Shown: positions 9,732-19,489, counted from the stretch's first letter. The stretch: DNA of 64,000 nt from Alphaproteobacteria bacterium (GCA_965221125.1 CBDCRW010000004.1:192001-256000); one strand, 5' to 3'. Notes: a model not told the origin generated them from the letters alone. Numbers and translations are program-made.

Positions 9732-9906
9732 AGCGCGTCCGTCATAGACGGACGCGCGACAGGCCGCGACCGCGGCCCGCCGCGAATGCGGCGCGCCCGC
9801 GCAGGCGCCGGTCGTCGCGCCGATAGGCGCGCGCAAGCGCACGACGACCGGCTGCCGTGAGCGACAAGGACTCGGAGCGTTTCCGTGTGAGACGGAAACG
9901 CTCTAG
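9729..9906 (+). repeat. Dispersed multi-hairpin intergenic element, copy 1 (with internal insertion and terminal palindrome)
   Basis: Aligns by eye with 15335-15483 and with the reverse complement of 61124-61234; begins TAGAGCG, ends CGCTCTAG. Confidence 0.88.
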
Positions 9907-9948
9907 AGTGATCCCCTGCCCGCGCTCGAAGGGGAGCGTCGCGCACGG

Positions 9949-10887
9949 ATGCAACGGTTCAAGTTCGTTCTTTATCGGCCGATTCAACTGATCCCGGTTC
10001 TGTTCGGGATCAGCATCATCACCTTCGTGATGATCCAGTCGATTCCGGGCGATCCCATTCGCACCCTGCTGGGCATCAAGGCGACACCCGAGGCGGTCGA
10101 GCGCGTGCGCGCCCACTACGGGCTCGATGAGCCGATCATGGTGCGCTACGGCTACTTCCTCAAGAACCTGGTCAACGGCGACATGGGCCGCTCGCTCGTC
10201 TACCGCGCGCCTGTCATGGAGATCGTGGGCGAGCGGGTGGGCGTCACGCTGTTCCTGCTGGTCTACGGCGTTCTCTTGTCGCTCGTGCTCACCCTGCCGC
10301 TTGCGATCGTGGCGTCGCTCTACCGCGGCCGACCACCAGACCATGCCATCCGTGTGTTCTCCACGGCGGGGCTCGGCTTCCCGCAGTTCTGGATCGGAAT
10401 CATGCTGATCCTTGTGTTCAGCGTGTGGCTGAAGCTGTTCCCGGTCTCAGGCGCGGGCGTGACCTTCGTGGAACGATTGCATCATCTATTCCTGCCGGCG
10501 TTTACCATCGCGCTCGCACTGTCGGCGGTGCTGACGCGCAACCTGCGCGCGAGCCTGCTGGCCGAGATCGATTCCGACTACGTCGCCGCGGCGCGCGCCA
10601 AGGGGCTGCCCGGCGCCTGGATCTTCACGCGCCACGTCTTCCGCAACTCGCTGATCCCGACCATCAACTTGCTCGGCGTGAACATCGGCTGGCTGATCGG
10701 CGGCACCGTGGTGATCGAGACGGTGTTCTCGGTTCCCGGCCTCGGCTGGCTGCTGACGCAATCCATCTTCGCGCGCGACTACATGACCGTGCAGGCGGTG
10801 GCGCTCGCCTTCGCCTTCGCCACGGTCGTCGTCAACTTCGTGGTCGACGTGGCGACCGTCGCCCTCGACCCGAGGATCAAGATGTGA
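9949..10887 (+). CDS. Dipeptide/oligopeptide ABC transporter permease (DppB-like)
   Basis: PGDP, GDMGRS, DYVAAARAKGL, IETVFSVPGLG motifs. Confidence 0.93.
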   Translation: MQRFKFVLYRPIQLIPVLFGISIITFVMIQSIPGDPIRTLLGIKATPEAVERVRAHYGLDEPIMVRYGYFLKNLVNGDMGRSLVYRAPVMEIVGERVGVTLFLLVYGVLLSLVLTLPLAIVASLYRGRPPDHAIRVFSTAGLGFPQFWIGIMLILVFSVWLKLFPVSGAGVTFVERLHHLFLPAFTIALALSAVLTRNLRASLLAEIDSDYVAAARAKGLPGAWIFTRHVFRNSLIPTINLLGVNIGWLIGGTVVIETVFSVPGLGWLLTQSIFARDYMTVQAVALAFAFATVVVNFVVDVATVALDPRIKM

Positions 10888-11747
10888 CGATCGCGACACT
10901 GGAGCGGGCGCTGCCCGAGCGCCGCCCCTGGCAGATCCGCTTCGGCAACCATCCGGCGGTGCTCTATGCCGGGGCGGGGGTCGTGCTCGTCTGGTTCATC
11001 ATCGCCGTCTTCGCCGACGTGATCGCGCCCTACGAGCCCAACGCCCACAACCTGAAGGAGGTCCTGCAGTCGCCCAACTGGGTCCACTGGCTGGGGACCG
11101 ACAACTTCGGCCGCGACGTGCTGTCGCGCATCATCCACGGCACGCGCATCGACCTGCAGATGGGCATCGTCGGCGTGGCCCTACCCTTCATCATCGGCAC
11201 CATGCTGGGCGCCATCGCCGGCTACTTCGGCGGCATCGTTGACACCATCCTCATGCGCATTCTGGACGTGGTGCTGGCCTTCCCCTGGCTGGTGCTGCTG
11301 ATGGCCATCATCTCGCTGCTGGAGCCCGGCCTCACCAGCTTCTACATCGCGATCACCCTCGTCGCCTGGGTGTCCTACGCCCGGCTCGTGCGCTCACAGG
11401 TGCTGGTGCTCAAGAACAGCGACTTCGTGGTGGCGGCGCGCAGCCTCGGCTACGGGCACGCGCGTATCATGTTCCGCCACATCCTGCCCAACGCGCTGGT
11501 CCCCTCCATCGTGTTCTCGATGTCCGACGTCGTGCTCGTGATCCTGGCCGGCTCCGCCATCAGCTACCTCGGCCTCGGCGTGCAGCCGCCCACGGCCGAG
11601 TGGGGCGTGATGATCGCGGAAGGGCAGAACTTCATCTTCACCGCCTGGTGGATGACGACCTTCCCCGGGCTCGCCATCGTCTTCCTCGCCCTCGGGTTCA
11701 GCCTTCTCGCCGACGGCCTCGGCGAGAAACTCGGCATCAGGGAGTGA
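10884..11747 (+). CDS. Dipeptide/oligopeptide ABC transporter permease (DppC-like)
   Basis: HWLGTDNFGRDVLSR, HILPN, LGLGVQPPTAEWG; GTG start overlapping upstream TGA. Confidence 0.93.
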   Translation: MTIATLERALPERRPWQIRFGNHPAVLYAGAGVVLVWFIIAVFADVIAPYEPNAHNLKEVLQSPNWVHWLGTDNFGRDVLSRIIHGTRIDLQMGIVGVALPFIIGTMLGAIAGYFGGIVDTILMRILDVVLAFPWLVLLMAIISLLEPGLTSFYIAITLVAWVSYARLVRSQVLVLKNSDFVVAARSLGYGHARIMFRHILPNALVPSIVFSMSDVVLVILAGSAISYLGLGVQPPTAEWGVMIAEGQNFIFTAWWMTTFPGLAIVFLALGFSLLADGLGEKLGIRE

Positions 11748-12730
11748 TGGGAGAGATCCTGCAGGTCGAGAATCTGGCGGTCGAGGTCGTGACGCCGGCG
11801 CGCACGCTGCGCGCCGTCGACGGCGTGACGCTCTCCCTCGACGAAGGCGAGGTCCTGGGCCTGGTGGGCGAGAGCGGCTCGGGCAAGACGCTCACCTGCC
11901 GCGCCGTCATCGGCTTGCTGCCGAGCCGGCGGCTGCGCATCGCGGACGGCGCCATCCGGCTCGACGGCCGGGACATCACCCGGCTCACCGAGGACGAGAT
12001 GCGCGGCGTGCGCGGGCGCGAGATCGGCATGATCTTCCAGAACCCCACCTCGCACCTCGACCCGCTGATGACCATCGGCAACCAGATCGCGGAATCGCTG
12101 CGGGTCCATGACGGCCTGCCGGCCAGGGAGGCCCTGGAGCAGGCGGCCGAGCTGCTGCGCCAGGTGGGCGTGCCGGACCCCCGCACCCGCATCCACAACT
12201 ACCCGCACGAGTTCTCCGGCGGCATGCGCCAGCGGGCGATGATCGCAGCGGCCTTGGCCTGCCGGCCCCGTGTCCTCATCGCCGACGAGCCGACCACCGC
12301 GCTGGACGTGACCGTGCAGGCGCAGATCCTGCGGCTGCTGCTGGACCTGAGAGACAGGCGCGGGCTTTCCATCATCCTCGTGACCCACGATCTCGGCGTT
12401 GTTGCCCAGGTCTGCGATGCAATCGCGGTGATGTATGGCGGCCAGATCGTGGAGCGCGCCGCCAAGGCGGAACTGCTGCGCCGCCCGCTGCACCCCTATT
12501 CGCGCGGGCTCATCGCCTCGCAGCCGGGCTCCGCCGAGCCGCTCAAGGAGCTGCCGACGATACCCGGCCAGCCGCCCGCGATCGCCGCCATGCCGAGCGG
12601 GTGCCGCTTCCATCCCCGCTGTTCGCTGGCGGAGGAGGCCTGCCGGCACGAGCCGCCGGTGCTGACCGCCGCGGCCCACGCCCACGAGACGGCGTGCCGG
12701 CGCTGGACCGCGCTGGTGGAGGCGGCGTGA
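11747..12730 (+). CDS. Dpp/Opp ABC transporter ATP-binding protein (DppD-like)
   Basis: [21 protein letters not shown]-terminal GCRFHPRC. Confidence 0.93.
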   Translation: MGEILQVENLAVEVVTPARTLRAVDGVTLSLDEGEVLGLVGESGSGKTLTCRAVIGLLPSRRLRIADGAIRLDGRDITRLTEDEMRGVRGREIGMIFQNPTSHLDPLMTIGNQIAESLRVHDGLPAREALEQAAELLRQVGVPDPRTRIHNYPHEFSGGMRQRAMIAAALACRPRVLIADEPTTALDVTVQAQILRLLLDLRDRRGLSIILVTHDLGVVAQVCDAIAVMYGGQIVERAAKAELLRRPLHPYSRGLIASQPGSAEPLKELPTIPGQPPAIAAMPSGCRFHPRCSLAEEACRHEPPVLTAAAHAHETACRRWTALVEAA

Positions 12731-13755
12731 GCGCGCTGCTCGAGATCGAGGATCTCGACGTCCATTTCGCGCTGCCGCTTGGGCTCAGCGGGCTGGTGTC
12801 CAAGCGTCTGCGGCGCAAGGTGCGCGCGGTCGACGGCGTGAGCCTCGCTCTCAGGCGGGGCGAGACCCTGGGCCTGGTGGGGGAGAGCGGATGCGGCAAG
12901 ACCACGCTGGGCCGCGCCGCGCTTCGGCTCATCCCGGCCTCAGGCGGCGCCATCCGGTTCGACGGCGAGGATGTCAGGGCGCTCAAGGGCGAGAGGCTGA
13001 AGGGCTTCCACCGCCGCGCGCAGATGATCTTCCAGGACCCGCACTCCTCGCTGAATCCGCTCTACAGCGTCGGCCGGACGCTGCGGGAGGTGCTGGAGGT
13101 GCACAAGCTGTGCCCGGCGGCGGAGATGCGCGGGCGGATCGCCGAGCTGCTCGTCCAGGTCGGGCTGCAGCCGGAGCTGATCGACCGCCGGCCGTCGGCG
13201 CTGAGCGGCGGCCAGTGCCAGCGCGTCGGCATTGCCCGTGCGCTCGCGGTCGAGCCGGAGCTGATCGTCGCGGACGAGTCCGTCTCCGCGCTCGACGTCT
13301 CGATCCAGGCGCAGGTGCTCAACCTGCTGATGCAGCTTCAGCGCGAGCTGCATCTCACCATGATGTTCATCTCCCACGACCTCTCCGTGGTCCGCCACCT
13401 CTGCCAGCGGGTCGCGGTGATGTACCTCGGGCGCATCGTCGAGCTGGGGCCGACGGAGGAGATCTTCGCGGCACCGAAGCACCCCTACACGGTCTCGCTG
13501 ATCGAGGCGATCCCCAAGATGGCGCCGGACGCGCGGCTCGGCGAGGCGCTGCTCTCGGGCGAGCCGCCGAGCCCCATCGACGTGCCCCGCGGCTGCGCCT
13601 TCCATCCGCGCTGCGATAAGGCGATGGACGCGTGCCGGAACGGCACCGTGCCTCGGCTGCGCACCCTCGGCGCGGTCGATGTCCGCTGCCACCTCTACGG
13701 CGACGGCGCGACGGCGCAGGACCGCGGCGTTGCCTCGCCGCCGAGCGTCGGCTAG
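12727..13755 (+). CDS. Dpp/Opp ABC transporter ATP-binding protein (DppF-like)
   Basis: GESGCGKTT, LSGGQCQR, ALDVSIQAQ, GCAFHPRC. Confidence 0.93.
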   Translation: MSALLEIEDLDVHFALPLGLSGLVSKRLRRKVRAVDGVSLALRRGETLGLVGESGCGKTTLGRAALRLIPASGGAIRFDGEDVRALKGERLKGFHRRAQMIFQDPHSSLNPLYSVGRTLREVLEVHKLCPAAEMRGRIAELLVQVGLQPELIDRRPSALSGGQCQRVGIARALAVEPELIVADESVSALDVSIQAQVLNLLMQLQRELHLTMMFISHDLSVVRHLCQRVAVMYLGRIVELGPTEEIFAAPKHPYTVSLIEAIPKMAPDARLGEALLSGEPPSPIDVPRGCAFHPRCDKAMDACRNGTVPRLRTLGAVDVRCHLYGDGATAQDRGVASPPSVG

Positions 13756-13819
13756 CGTCAAAGAAATGCCTGTGCTGCAGCACGGAGCCTAGAAGAATCA
13801 ACGGAGAAGGGAGGAAACC

Positions 13820-15337
13820 ATGTTGGGTAAACCTGCACACTTCCTCGTCGCGTTCCTGTTGGCGGCGGGCTTCATGGTCGAGGCGGCACTGGCCGAGAGC
13901 GTGTTCCGGCTCGGCAGGGAGGCCGACGCCAAGGCGCTCGATCCGCCGCTGACGATCGAGAACCTCGACATCTGGACCATGAACAACATCAACGCGTACC
14001 TGGTCCGCGCGACCAAGAACGCCGATGACATCGAGCCCGATCTGGCGACGCACTGGGATATTTCCGAGGACGGCCTGACCTACACGTTCCATCTGCGTGA
14101 GGCCATGTTCTCCGACGGCTCGCCGGTCACCGCGCAGGACGCCAAGTTCAGTATCGAGCGTGCGCGCGACCACGAGCTCGCAACCCAGGCGGCGCTCTAC
14201 CAGAACATCGCGTCGGTCGAGACGCCGGACGACCGCACGGTCGTGTTTACGCTCAAGGAGCCGTCGGCGCCGTTCCTTTCGATCCTCGCCATGTTCCCGG
14301 CCTCGATCCTGCCGCAGGCGGCGGTCGAGGAGCGGGGCGAGGACTTCGGCAGCAGCCCGGTGGGCGCCGGCGCCTTCCGCCTCAGTGAGTGGCGGCGCGG
14401 CGAGGTCATCGTCCTCGAGCGCAACCCCCACTACTGGGAGGAGGGACTGCCGCTGGTCGACCGGGTCGAGTGGCACGTCGTCTCGGAGGACAACACGCGG
14501 ATACTCAAGGTCCAGGCCGGCGAGCTGGACGCGGCGCTGTTCGTTCCCTTCAACCGCATCGCCGAGCTCGAGGCCAATCCCGACATCCAGATGATCCTCG
14601 ATCCCTCCAGCAAGACCGATCACCTGCTGCCCAACCACGCCAAGCCGCCGCTGGACAACCTGAATGTCCGCAAGGCGATCAGGTTGGCCATCGACTCCCA
14701 GGCCATCATCGACGTGGTGACCTTCGGCTACGCCACGCCGGCCAACACGTTCCTGTCCGCCGGCATGATGCACCACGACGGCGATGCGCCGCTGCCCGCC
14801 TACGATCCCGAGGAGGCCAAGGCCATGCTGGAGGCCGAAGGCGCGACCGGAACGACGCTCGGGCTCACGATTCAGGCAGGCAACCGGGTCGACGAGCAGA
14901 TATCCGTGCTGCTCCAGCAGCAGCTCGCGGAGGTCGGCATCACCATCGACATCAGGAAGGTCGATCCCAGCCAGTGGATCAATTTCCTGATCGAGGGCGA
15001 CTACGATCTCGGCACCGTCTACTGGACCAACGACATCATCGACCCGGACCAGAAGACGGCGTTCACCCTGATCGGGGACGACAACCGCAATTTCTTCAGT
15101 AACTGGACGTCACCCCCGGAGGTCACGGAACTCGTCAAGCAGGCGCGGGTCGAGCAGGACTTCGAAGAGCGCAGCGCTCTGTACGCTGCGCTGCAAATGA
15201 TCGCCAACGACAACGAGGTCCTCTACAGTCTGTACAACAGCCCCTTCCGCAACATCGCGCGCTCCTGCGTGCAGGGCTTCTTCCAGAGCCCGCTCGGCCG
15301 TGTCGACCTGGAACACGTCGACATGTCCGGCTGCTAG
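13820..15337 (+). CDS. Dpp/Opp family substrate-binding protein (SBP family 5)
   Basis: Signal peptide, EPDLATHWDISEDGLTYTFHLR, FSDGSPVTAQD, PVGAGAF. Confidence 0.93.
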   Translation: MLGKPAHFLVAFLLAAGFMVEAALAESVFRLGREADAKALDPPLTIENLDIWTMNNINAYLVRATKNADDIEPDLATHWDISEDGLTYTFHLREAMFSDGSPVTAQDAKFSIERARDHELATQAALYQNIASVETPDDRTVVFTLKEPSAPFLSILAMFPASILPQAAVEERGEDFGSSPVGAGAFRLSEWRRGEVIVLERNPHYWEEGLPLVDRVEWHVVSEDNTRILKVQAGELDAALFVPFNRIAELEANPDIQMILDPSSKTDHLLPNHAKPPLDNLNVRKAIRLAIDSQAIIDVVTFGYATPANTFLSAGMMHHDGDAPLPAYDPEEAKAMLEAEGATGTTLGLTIQAGNRVDEQISVLLQQQLAEVGITIDIRKVDPSQWINFLIEGDYDLGTVYWTNDIIDPDQKTAFTLIGDDNRNFFSNWTSPPEVTELVKQARVEQDFEERSALYAALQMIANDNEVLYSLYNSPFRNIARSCVQGFFQSPLGRVDLEHVDMSGC

Positions 15338-15483
15338 AGCGCGTCCGTCATTGACGGGCGCGCGACAGGCCGTGACAGCGGCCCGCCGCGAATGCGGCGC
15401 CCTCGCGGAGGCGCCGGTCGAAGACCGGCTGCCGTGAGCGATAAACTGTTGGAGCGGTTCCGTCTTGGAAGGAAATTCTCCAG
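15335..15483 (+). repeat. Dispersed multi-hairpin intergenic element, copy 2
   Basis: tagagcgcgtccgtcattgacgggcgcgcgacaggcc...ccggctgccgtgagcgataaa, followed by a degenerate terminal palindrome. Confidence 0.88.
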
Positions 15484-15599
15484 CGGTCGTTTGTCACTAA
15501 GCGGGGCGTCCTCCGGGGCGCCCCGCACCGTCCTCGGCCCGTAGCGTCCGAACGGAGGACACCCGCGCCGCGCGTCGGCGAGACGAGGAGGGCAGGCCC

Positions 15600-16301
15600 A
15601 TGCGCATCAGGGACATGAACTGGATGCAGGTCGAGGCCTACCTCGAGCGGGACGACCGCGCCGCGATCCCCCTCGGCAGCACCGAGCAGCATGCGCAGCT
15701 CAGCCTGATGGTGGATTGCATCCTCTCCGAGCGAGTGGCCGTCGACGCCGCCGAGCCCCTCGGCATTCCGGTCTTTCCGCCGGTCAACTACGGCATCACG
15801 CCCTACTTCAAGGCCTATCCCGGCACCATCTCCATGCGGCCCGAGACCCTGATCGCCGTCTTCCGCGACGTCTTCGATTCCCTCAAGCGGGCCGGCTTCC
15901 GCCGCATCATGGTGGTCAACGGCCACGGCGGCAACGCGCCCGTCGCCTCGCTCGCGCAGGACTGGATGAGCGAGAACGAGGGCGTCACGGTCAGGTTCCA
16001 CAACTGGTACAACGCGCCTGAGACGTGGAAGCAGGTCCAGGCGATCGACCCCATCGCAAGCCACGCGTCCTGGATGGAGAACTTTCCGTGGACGCGGCTG
16101 CTCGACGCCGCGGCACCCGCAGGCGGGAAGGAGATGGTCGACATCTCCCGCATGATGTTGATGGGCCCGGCCGAGATCCGCGCCTACATCGGCGACGGCA
16201 ACCTTGGCGGCGCATACGAGAAGCCCGACGACGTGATGATGACGCTCTGGCGGACGGCCGTGGAGGAGACCCGCGCCCTTCTCGACGGCCCGTGGTCGTG
16301 A
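15600..16301 (+). CDS. Creatininase family amidohydrolase
   Basis: PLGSTEQH, VVNGHGGN, HASWME motifs. Confidence 0.9.
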   Translation: MRIRDMNWMQVEAYLERDDRAAIPLGSTEQHAQLSLMVDCILSERVAVDAAEPLGIPVFPPVNYGITPYFKAYPGTISMRPETLIAVFRDVFDSLKRAGFRRIMVVNGHGGNAPVASLAQDWMSENEGVTVRFHNWYNAPETWKQVQAIDPIASHASWMENFPWTRLLDAAAPAGGKEMVDISRMMLMGPAEIRAYIGDGNLGGAYEKPDDVMMTLWRTAVEETRALLDGPWS

Positions 16302-17317
16302 CGGCGCCGCTGCTCGTCTGGGGCGCCGGCGCCATCGGCGGCACCGTTGGCGCCTGCCTCGCGCGCGCGGGCCACGCGGTGACGTTCGTCGACATCGTGG
16401 AAGAGCACGTGGCGGCCATCGCGAGCACGGGGCTCGCGATCGAGGGGCCGGTGGATACCTTCCGCATCGCCGCGCCCGCCCACACGCCGGAGCGTCTGAG
16501 CGGCCGCTACGACCGCGCGCTCCTCTGCGTCAAGGGCCAGCACACCGAGGCCGCGGTGCGGAGCCTCGCCCCCTTCCTCGCCGATGACGGCTACGCCGTC
16601 TCCGTGCAGAACGGGCTCAATGAGCCCGCGATGGCGACGGTGCTTGGGCGGGAGCGCGTGATCGGCTGCTTCGTCAACTTCGGGGCCGATTACCTGGAGC
16701 CCGGCCGCATTCACTTCGGCGGCCGCGGTGCCGTCGTGCTGGGCGAGTTGGACGGGGAGATCACGCCGCGCCTCCACGCGCTCCTCGCCGTCTTCCGCGA
16801 CTTCGACCCCGACGCCCGGTCGAGCGCGAACATCTGGGGCTACCTCTGGGGCAAGCTCGGCTACGGCGCGCTGCTGTTCGCGACCGCGCTCGGCAACGAG
16901 TCGATCGCCGACGCGCTGGCGCACCCACCCCACCGCGCGCTCTACCGTGCGCTCGGCGAGGAGGTGATGCGCGTCGCAGGCGCCAACGGCATCGCGCCCG
17001 AGGGCTTCAACGGCTTCGACCCGGCAGGCTTCGTGCCCGGCGCGGACTCAGGCCTCACCGAGCGCTCGATGGCGGCCATGGTGGCCTACAACCGGGGCTC
17101 GGCAAAATCGCACAGCGGGGTCTGGCGCGACCTCGCCGTCCGCAAGCGGCCGACGGAGGTGGAGCCGATGATCGGCGCCGTCGTCCGCGAGGCTACGGCG
17201 CAGGGGATCGAGACGCCGCTGCTGGCAAGGCTTACCGCCATGATCCACGAGGTCGAGGAGGGCCGCCGCCCGCTCGACCGCGCCAACATCGACGCGCTTG
17301 CGGCCGAGGCGGCGTGA
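16298..17317 (+). CDS. Ketopantoate reductase (PanE/ApbA) family oxidoreductase
   Basis: WGAGAIGG, LCVKG, VQNGL, LWGKL, SGVWRDL; GTG start overlapping upstream stop. Confidence 0.88.
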   Translation: MTAPLLVWGAGAIGGTVGACLARAGHAVTFVDIVEEHVAAIASTGLAIEGPVDTFRIAAPAHTPERLSGRYDRALLCVKGQHTEAAVRSLAPFLADDGYAVSVQNGLNEPAMATVLGRERVIGCFVNFGADYLEPGRIHFGGRGAVVLGELDGEITPRLHALLAVFRDFDPDARSSANIWGYLWGKLGYGALLFATALGNESIADALAHPPHRALYRALGEEVMRVAGANGIAPEGFNGFDPAGFVPGADSGLTERSMAAMVAYNRGSAKSHSGVWRDLAVRKRPTEVEPMIGAVVREATAQGIETPLLARLTAMIHEVEEGRRPLDRANIDALAAEAA

Positions 17318-17321
17318 CGCG

Positions 17322-18089
17322 ATGGAGGGCTCGTTCCGGGACAGGACGGTAATCGTGACCGGCGCAGGGCACGGCTTCGGCCGCGCCATCGCCCATGCGT
17401 TCGCCGCGCGTGGCGCGTGGGTCTCAGCCTGCGACATCAACGAGGATGCGCTTGCCGTCACCGCCCGCGAGGCCCCGGCAGGCGGCACGCTGACGGTGGG
17501 TCGCCTCGACGTCACGGACCGGGCCGCCGTGCGCGATTATGTCGGCTCGATCCAGGTGGAGCGCGGCGCGGTCGACATCCTCGTCAACAACGCCGGCGGG
17601 GTCGTGGGCCAGACCGGGCAGCCGCTGGAAGCGATCGGCGAAGAGGCGTGGCACGCCATCGTCGACGTCAACATGACCGCCGTCTTCACCATGGTGCAGG
17701 CGGTCGCTCCTGGCATGAAGGCTGCGGGCTACGGCCGTGTGGTCAACATCTCCAGCGGCGCCGGGCTGCGCTTCAGCCTCACCGGCATCCAGGCCTACGC
17801 CGCCGCCAAGGCGGGGCAAATCGGCCTCACCCGCCAACTGGCTTTCGAGCTCGGGCCCCACGGCGTCACCGTCAACAGCGTGGCCCCCGGCTTCGTCAAG
17901 TCCAACCCGATGACAGAGCGGCAGTGGGAGGCGATGGGCGCCGAGGGCCAGGCCGCGCTGATCGAGAGCATGGCGACGCGGCGGCTCGGCTCGGCGGAGG
18001 ACATCGCGCGCGCCGTCCTCTTCTTCGCATCCGAGGACTCCGGCTGGATCACCGGCCAGACCCTCTCGGTCGACGGCGGCAGGCTGTGA
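17322..18089 (+). CDS. Short-chain dehydrogenase/reductase
   Basis: TGAGHGFG, LVNNAG, YAAAK catalytic motif. Confidence 0.93.
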   Translation: MEGSFRDRTVIVTGAGHGFGRAIAHAFAARGAWVSACDINEDALAVTAREAPAGGTLTVGRLDVTDRAAVRDYVGSIQVERGAVDILVNNAGGVVGQTGQPLEAIGEEAWHAIVDVNMTAVFTMVQAVAPGMKAAGYGRVVNISSGAGLRFSLTGIQAYAAAKAGQIGLTRQLAFELGPHGVTVNSVAPGFVKSNPMTERQWEAMGAEGQAALIESMATRRLGSAEDIARAVLFFASEDSGWITGQTLSVDGGRL

Positions 18090-19489
18090 CGCCGGAGGCT
18101 TTCCTCGACGCCAACGTCGATCGCTTCATCGGCGACCTCTGCGCTTTCGTTCGCATCCCCAGCATCAGCACCGATCCCGCTTATGCCGACGGGATCGACG
18201 AGGCGGTGCGCTTCGTCGCGGCCCGTATGGAGCGCGCCGGCCTCGAGAACGTGGCGGTCCTGCCGACGGAGGGTCATCCCCTCGTCTATGCCGACTGGCT
18301 GCGCGCGGGCGACGCGCCAACGGTGCTGGTCTACGGCCATTACGACGTGCAGCCGCCGGACCCGCTGGAGGACTGGGCGAGCCCGCCGTTCGAGCCCAAG
18401 GTGCGGGACAGCCGCCTCTACGGCCGCGGCGCGTCCGACGACAAGGGGCCCATGCTCATCCCGCTCAACGTGGCGGAAGCCTTTCTGCGGACGAACGGGG
18501 GCCTGCCCGTCAATCTGAAGTTCGTGATCGAAGGCGAGGAGGAGATGGGGAGCGCCCATCTTGCAGCGGCCGTGCGCGAACACCGCGAGCGGCTCAAAGC
18601 CGACGTCGTCCTCTCAGCGGACGGCGCGCAGTGGCGGCCCGACCTCGTCACCGTGAACGTCGCCTGCCGCGGCATCGTCACGCTCGATGTCAGCCTGACC
18701 ACGGCCGGCAAGGATCTCCATTCCGGACGCTACGGCGGCACCGTCGCCAATGCCGCGCACGCGCTGGCCCGTCTCGTCGCAGGCCTCCACGACGAGACCG
18801 GCCGCATCGCCGTCGCCGGCTTCTACGACGACGTGCGCCCGCCAACCAACGCCGAGCGCGACAGGGTGGCGGTCATTCCCTTCGACGAGGCGGCCTATCT
18901 CGCCGCCATCGGCGCCGAGGCCGGAATCGGCGAGCCCGGCTACACCACGCTGGAGCGCCAGTGGCTCCGCCCCACGCTCGACGTCAACGGCCTGGGCAGC
19001 GGCTACCAGGGGCCCGGCGTCAAGACGGTGATCCCGCACCGGGCCCACGCCAAGATCTCCTGCCGGCTGGTGCCGGACCAGACGCCCGAGCGCATCCGCG
19101 CGCTGCTCGTCGGCCATTGCGAGCGGCACATGCCGCCCGGCGCCCGGATCGAATTCGCGGATGACGGGGTCGGCATGCGACCGGCACGCGTGCACGAAAA
19201 CCATCCGGCGCTCACCGTCGTCGAAGACGTGCTGGAGGAGGTGCGGGGCACGCGCCCCTTGCGGGTCCGCATGGGCAGCTCGATCCCCATCGGGGGTATT
19301 TTCCGTAACGTGCTCGGGATCGAGACGGTGTTCCTCTCCTTCTCGACGGCGGACGAAGACTTTCATGCGCCCAACGAGTTTTTCCGGCTTTCGAGCCTGC
19401 GCGTCGGGCACGTCGTCTGGGCGCGCTGCCTCGAGCGTCTCGGGCGTCAGACTGCCGCGCTTTACGCGGCGTACCGCCCCATTGCTTAG
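18086..19489 (+). CDS. M20 family dipeptidase/amidohydrolase
   Basis: YGHYDVQP, GRGASDDKG, EGEEEMGS, DLHSG, HAPNE. Confidence 0.92.
   Translation: MTPEAFLDANVDRFIGDLCAFVRIPSISTDPAYADGIDEAVRFVAARMERAGLENVAVLPTEGHPLVYADWLRAGDAPTVLVYGHYDVQPPDPLEDWASPPFEPKVRDSRLYGRGASDDKGPMLIPLNVAEAFLRTNGGLPVNLKFVIEGEEEMGSAHLAAAVREHRERLKADVVLSADGAQWRPDLVTVNVACRGIVTLDVSLTTAGKDLHSGRYGGTVANAAHALARLVAGLHDETGRIAVAGFYDDVRPPTNAERDRVAVIPFDEAAYLAAIGAEAGIGEPGYTTLERQWLRPTLDVNGLGSGYQGPGVKTVIPHRAHAKISCRLVPDQTPERIRALLVGHCERHMPPGARIEFADDGVGMRPARVHENHPALTVVEDVLEEVRGTRPLRVRMGSSIPIGGIFRNVLGIETVFLSFSTADEDFHAPNEFFRLSSLRVGHVVWARCLERLGRQTAALYAAYRPIA

Noticed and set aside
17417-19489. 690-aa ORF suggesting an extended M20 peptidase
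   Set aside because: The upstream part overlaps the SDR in another frame; the real start is the GTG at 18086 overlapping the SDR stop.
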